Of a stretch of 64,000 bases of DNA, positions 62,243 through 64,000 are shown piece by piece. Origin of the DNA: a bacterium (GTDB lineage: Bacteria; UBA8248); the NCBI GenBank assembly GCA_965200245.1, contig CBDATS010000015.1:1-64000 (forward strand). Reading direction: 5' to 3'. The notes below the pieces were generated by a model. It saw only the letters and a list, made by a program, of their open reading frames with translations, was not told the DNA's origin and did no database searches. Numbering within the stretch: the first letter of the stretch is position 1; each line of letters starts with the position of its first letter. The position numbers and the translations under genes were made by a program.

Positions 62243-62821
62243 ATGGATTCTGCCAAATACAATTTAGGCGAAGTCGAAAAAATCAGAACCGAAGCCATTG
62301 GCGTAGCGGGAAAACGGATTTTCCGCATCCTGATCGATTGTCCGACCAAGGCGGCTGCCACGCTCTGGTTGGAAAAAGAGCAGGTCTACGGCCTTTCGAT
62401 GGCGATGAAAAAGATGGTGGAGGCGAAAGGGCAGGAAGAACGCTCGGACGAGGAACCGGATTTTCCGGACATTGCCGAAGTCGGTTCCAGCCCGGTGAAA
62501 TCCCGGGGGACGCTCGAGTTCAAGGTGAGTCGTATGGGACTTGCGTATGGTCCGGGCAAAGGCAACGTCACGGTCTTTTTCTATGATGAACGCGACGAAG
62601 TCATCTCGGAGGGACAGTCTTCGGCAGATGAGGAATACGAGGAAGCCACAGTTGGTCCGGCTGCACTGCAGGTAAGTCTTGCGCACGCACAGTTGGAAGA
62701 ATTCATCACCCAAAGTTTGGATGCATGTTCCTCCGGGAGAGGGACGGATGCGCTCTCTCGTCATGCCATGGTGGCCACTGGCAAGGTGGACCCCAATACG
62801 AACGGGCATTTTCGTCATTAG
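62243..62821 (+). CDS. DUF3090-family protein
   Basis: EAIGVAGKRIFRI, LWLEKEQ, EFKVSRMGLAY, SGR...NGH C-terminus; adjacent to an SCO1664-family gene. Confidence 0.8.
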   Translation: MDSAKYNLGEVEKIRTEAIGVAGKRIFRILIDCPTKAAATLWLEKEQVYGLSMAMKKMVEAKGQEERSDEEPDFPDIAEVGSSPVKSRGTLEFKVSRMGLAYGPGKGNVTVFFYDERDEVISEGQSSADEEYEEATVGPAALQVSLAHAQLEEFITQSLDACSSGRGTDALSRHAMVATGKVDPNTNGHFRH

Positions 62822-62853
62822 ACCGCATTTTTCTTTCGCGACAGGGAACTCTT

Positions 62854-63639
62854 GTGGTCCGGAAATTTTCTTCTCCTGAAAGCCAGGAAACGGCGGAAGC
62901 GCCTGTATCGCAGGCGTATCGCTTCGAACCGGCGGAAATCGAGAACCTTTTGCTCAAATCGGAAATCCTGGGAGGCGAGTTGGTGCCGCAGGGCTCCAAC
63001 TATACGTTCGCCGTCAGGATGGGCACAGATGATTTTCAGTTCTGGGGGATATACAAGCCCGCGAGCGGCGAGCGCCCTCTATGGGATTTTCCATACGGCA
63101 CGCTCCATTTTCGGGAAAGATGTTCATTTCTGGTAAGCCATCACCTGGGTTGGCACCTCGTTCCGCCAACAGTGATTCGCGAAGGGCCGCATGGCGAGGG
63201 ATCCATGCAGTTGTGTGTGCCCTATGACGGGAAGTCGAACTATTTCACGCTCCGTGAGGAGGCTCGGCCGGAACTTGTTTTGCTTGCGGCGTTCGACATT
63301 ATGGTGAACAACACGGATCGCAAGGGAGGACATTGTTTCAAGTCCGAAGACGGCCGCGTGTGGGGGATCGATCACGGACTCACGTTTCATGCGGACCCCA
63401 AACTGAGGACCGTCATCTGGGATTATGCAGGAGTTTCCCTGCCCGAGACGCAGGTGAACGATATCAAAAGGCTGGAGACCAGCCTGCACGACGGCGACAG
63501 CCCCCTGCGGCGTGAGTTGGACGAGCTTTTGGAACCCGATGAGGTGGAAATTTTCCTTGACAGGGTGGTTCGCTTCAGGATGAACCCGTGCCTGCCGACG
63601 CCGGAAGAATACAGGCGTTTACACTGGCATTTTGAATAA
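62854..63639 (+). CDS. SCO1664-family protein (PI3/4-kinase-like fold)
   Basis: GSNYTF, YKPASGERPLWDFP, VPPTVIREGPHGEGS, NNTDRKGGH, IDHGLTFH, KLRTVIWD. Confidence 0.92.
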   Translation: MVRKFSSPESQETAEAPVSQAYRFEPAEIENLLLKSEILGGELVPQGSNYTFAVRMGTDDFQFWGIYKPASGERPLWDFPYGTLHFRERCSFLVSHHLGWHLVPPTVIREGPHGEGSMQLCVPYDGKSNYFTLREEARPELVLLAAFDIMVNNTDRKGGHCFKSEDGRVWGIDHGLTFHADPKLRTVIWDYAGVSLPETQVNDIKRLETSLHDGDSPLRRELDELLEPDEVEIFLDRVVRFRMNPCLPTPEEYRRLHWHFE

Positions 63640-63684
63640 TCACGAATTCGCCCGGATAAATGCTGGAACGTTGAGGTTTAGGCA

Positions 63685-64000
63685 ATGAACGGTCATGCGA
63701 GCTTGACCGGGAATCGGGTGTTGCTCTTTTTTTTCTGTTTCGTCATTTGCTTGTCTCTGGTCGGGTGCAAGGAGAGTCCGCGTGTGCGCAGGATTGTGCC
63801 GCGCGATGTGGTGAACGAAAAACGCTGGTTTGTTTATAATAACCCGAATCATCCAAAATCCAGGAAATATTTAGCAGAACTCGATGAATTCGATTTTAGA
63901 AGATCGGCCCGAAGACACACGGCCCGCATATATAAGCAATACCTAGAATATCATTATACTGGCAAGTACTTCCGTCGGGCGCGTTACTGGTGGGAGCAGC
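63685..64000 (+). CDS. Putative lipoprotein, partial (runs off the window)
   Basis: Open frame from ATG 63685 to the window end, hydrophobic stretch and lipobox LVGC. Confidence 0.65.
   Translation, partial: MNGHASLTGNRVLLFFFCFVICLSLVGCKESPRVRRIVPRDVVNEKRWFVYNNPNHPKSRKYLAELDEFDFRRSARRHTARIYKQYLEYHYTGKYFRRARYWWEQ

Overview
Bacterial chromosomal window, GC-rich with several AT-richer accessory patches. The split Rieske/cytochrome b operon, an octaheme cytochrome c and the general gene content resemble Nitrospinota/Tectomicrobia-type genomes, but this lineage call is inference only. The strongest candidate for a new system is at the left end: a cytochrome P450 whose I-helix lacks the catalytic Thr (AGVDN, as in aryl-coupling OxyB) sits between two NHLP-leader RiPP precursors with very short aromatic cores. 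One core is GG|NLYY; the other, GG|SYWDDVDTIHV, is hidden behind a 1-nt frameshift. A second candidate is an operon of two ATP-grasp-like proteins, a DUF1611-like P-loop protein and an Npt-type MFS-HEAT-cNMP protein, divergent from a peptide ABC importer and a deacetylase. Other content: etfBA, mrp/apbC, two D-2-hydroxyacid dehydrogenases, a split CFA-synthase/geranylgeranyl-reductase lipid-methylation cluster, ddl, rel, a 4x[4Fe-4S] ferredoxin, an HtrA protease, copA/copZ, a Bcr/CflA pump and a DUF3090/SCO1664 pair. Many defence genes are decayed (lipase-3/MBL cassette, AbiEi, DNA methyltransferase, Mrr, Phd/RelE). Three small membrane ORFs below the ORF-track cutoff were read by hand. No rRNA, tRNA or CRISPR array was recognised. 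All family calls come from motif recognition, not database searches.
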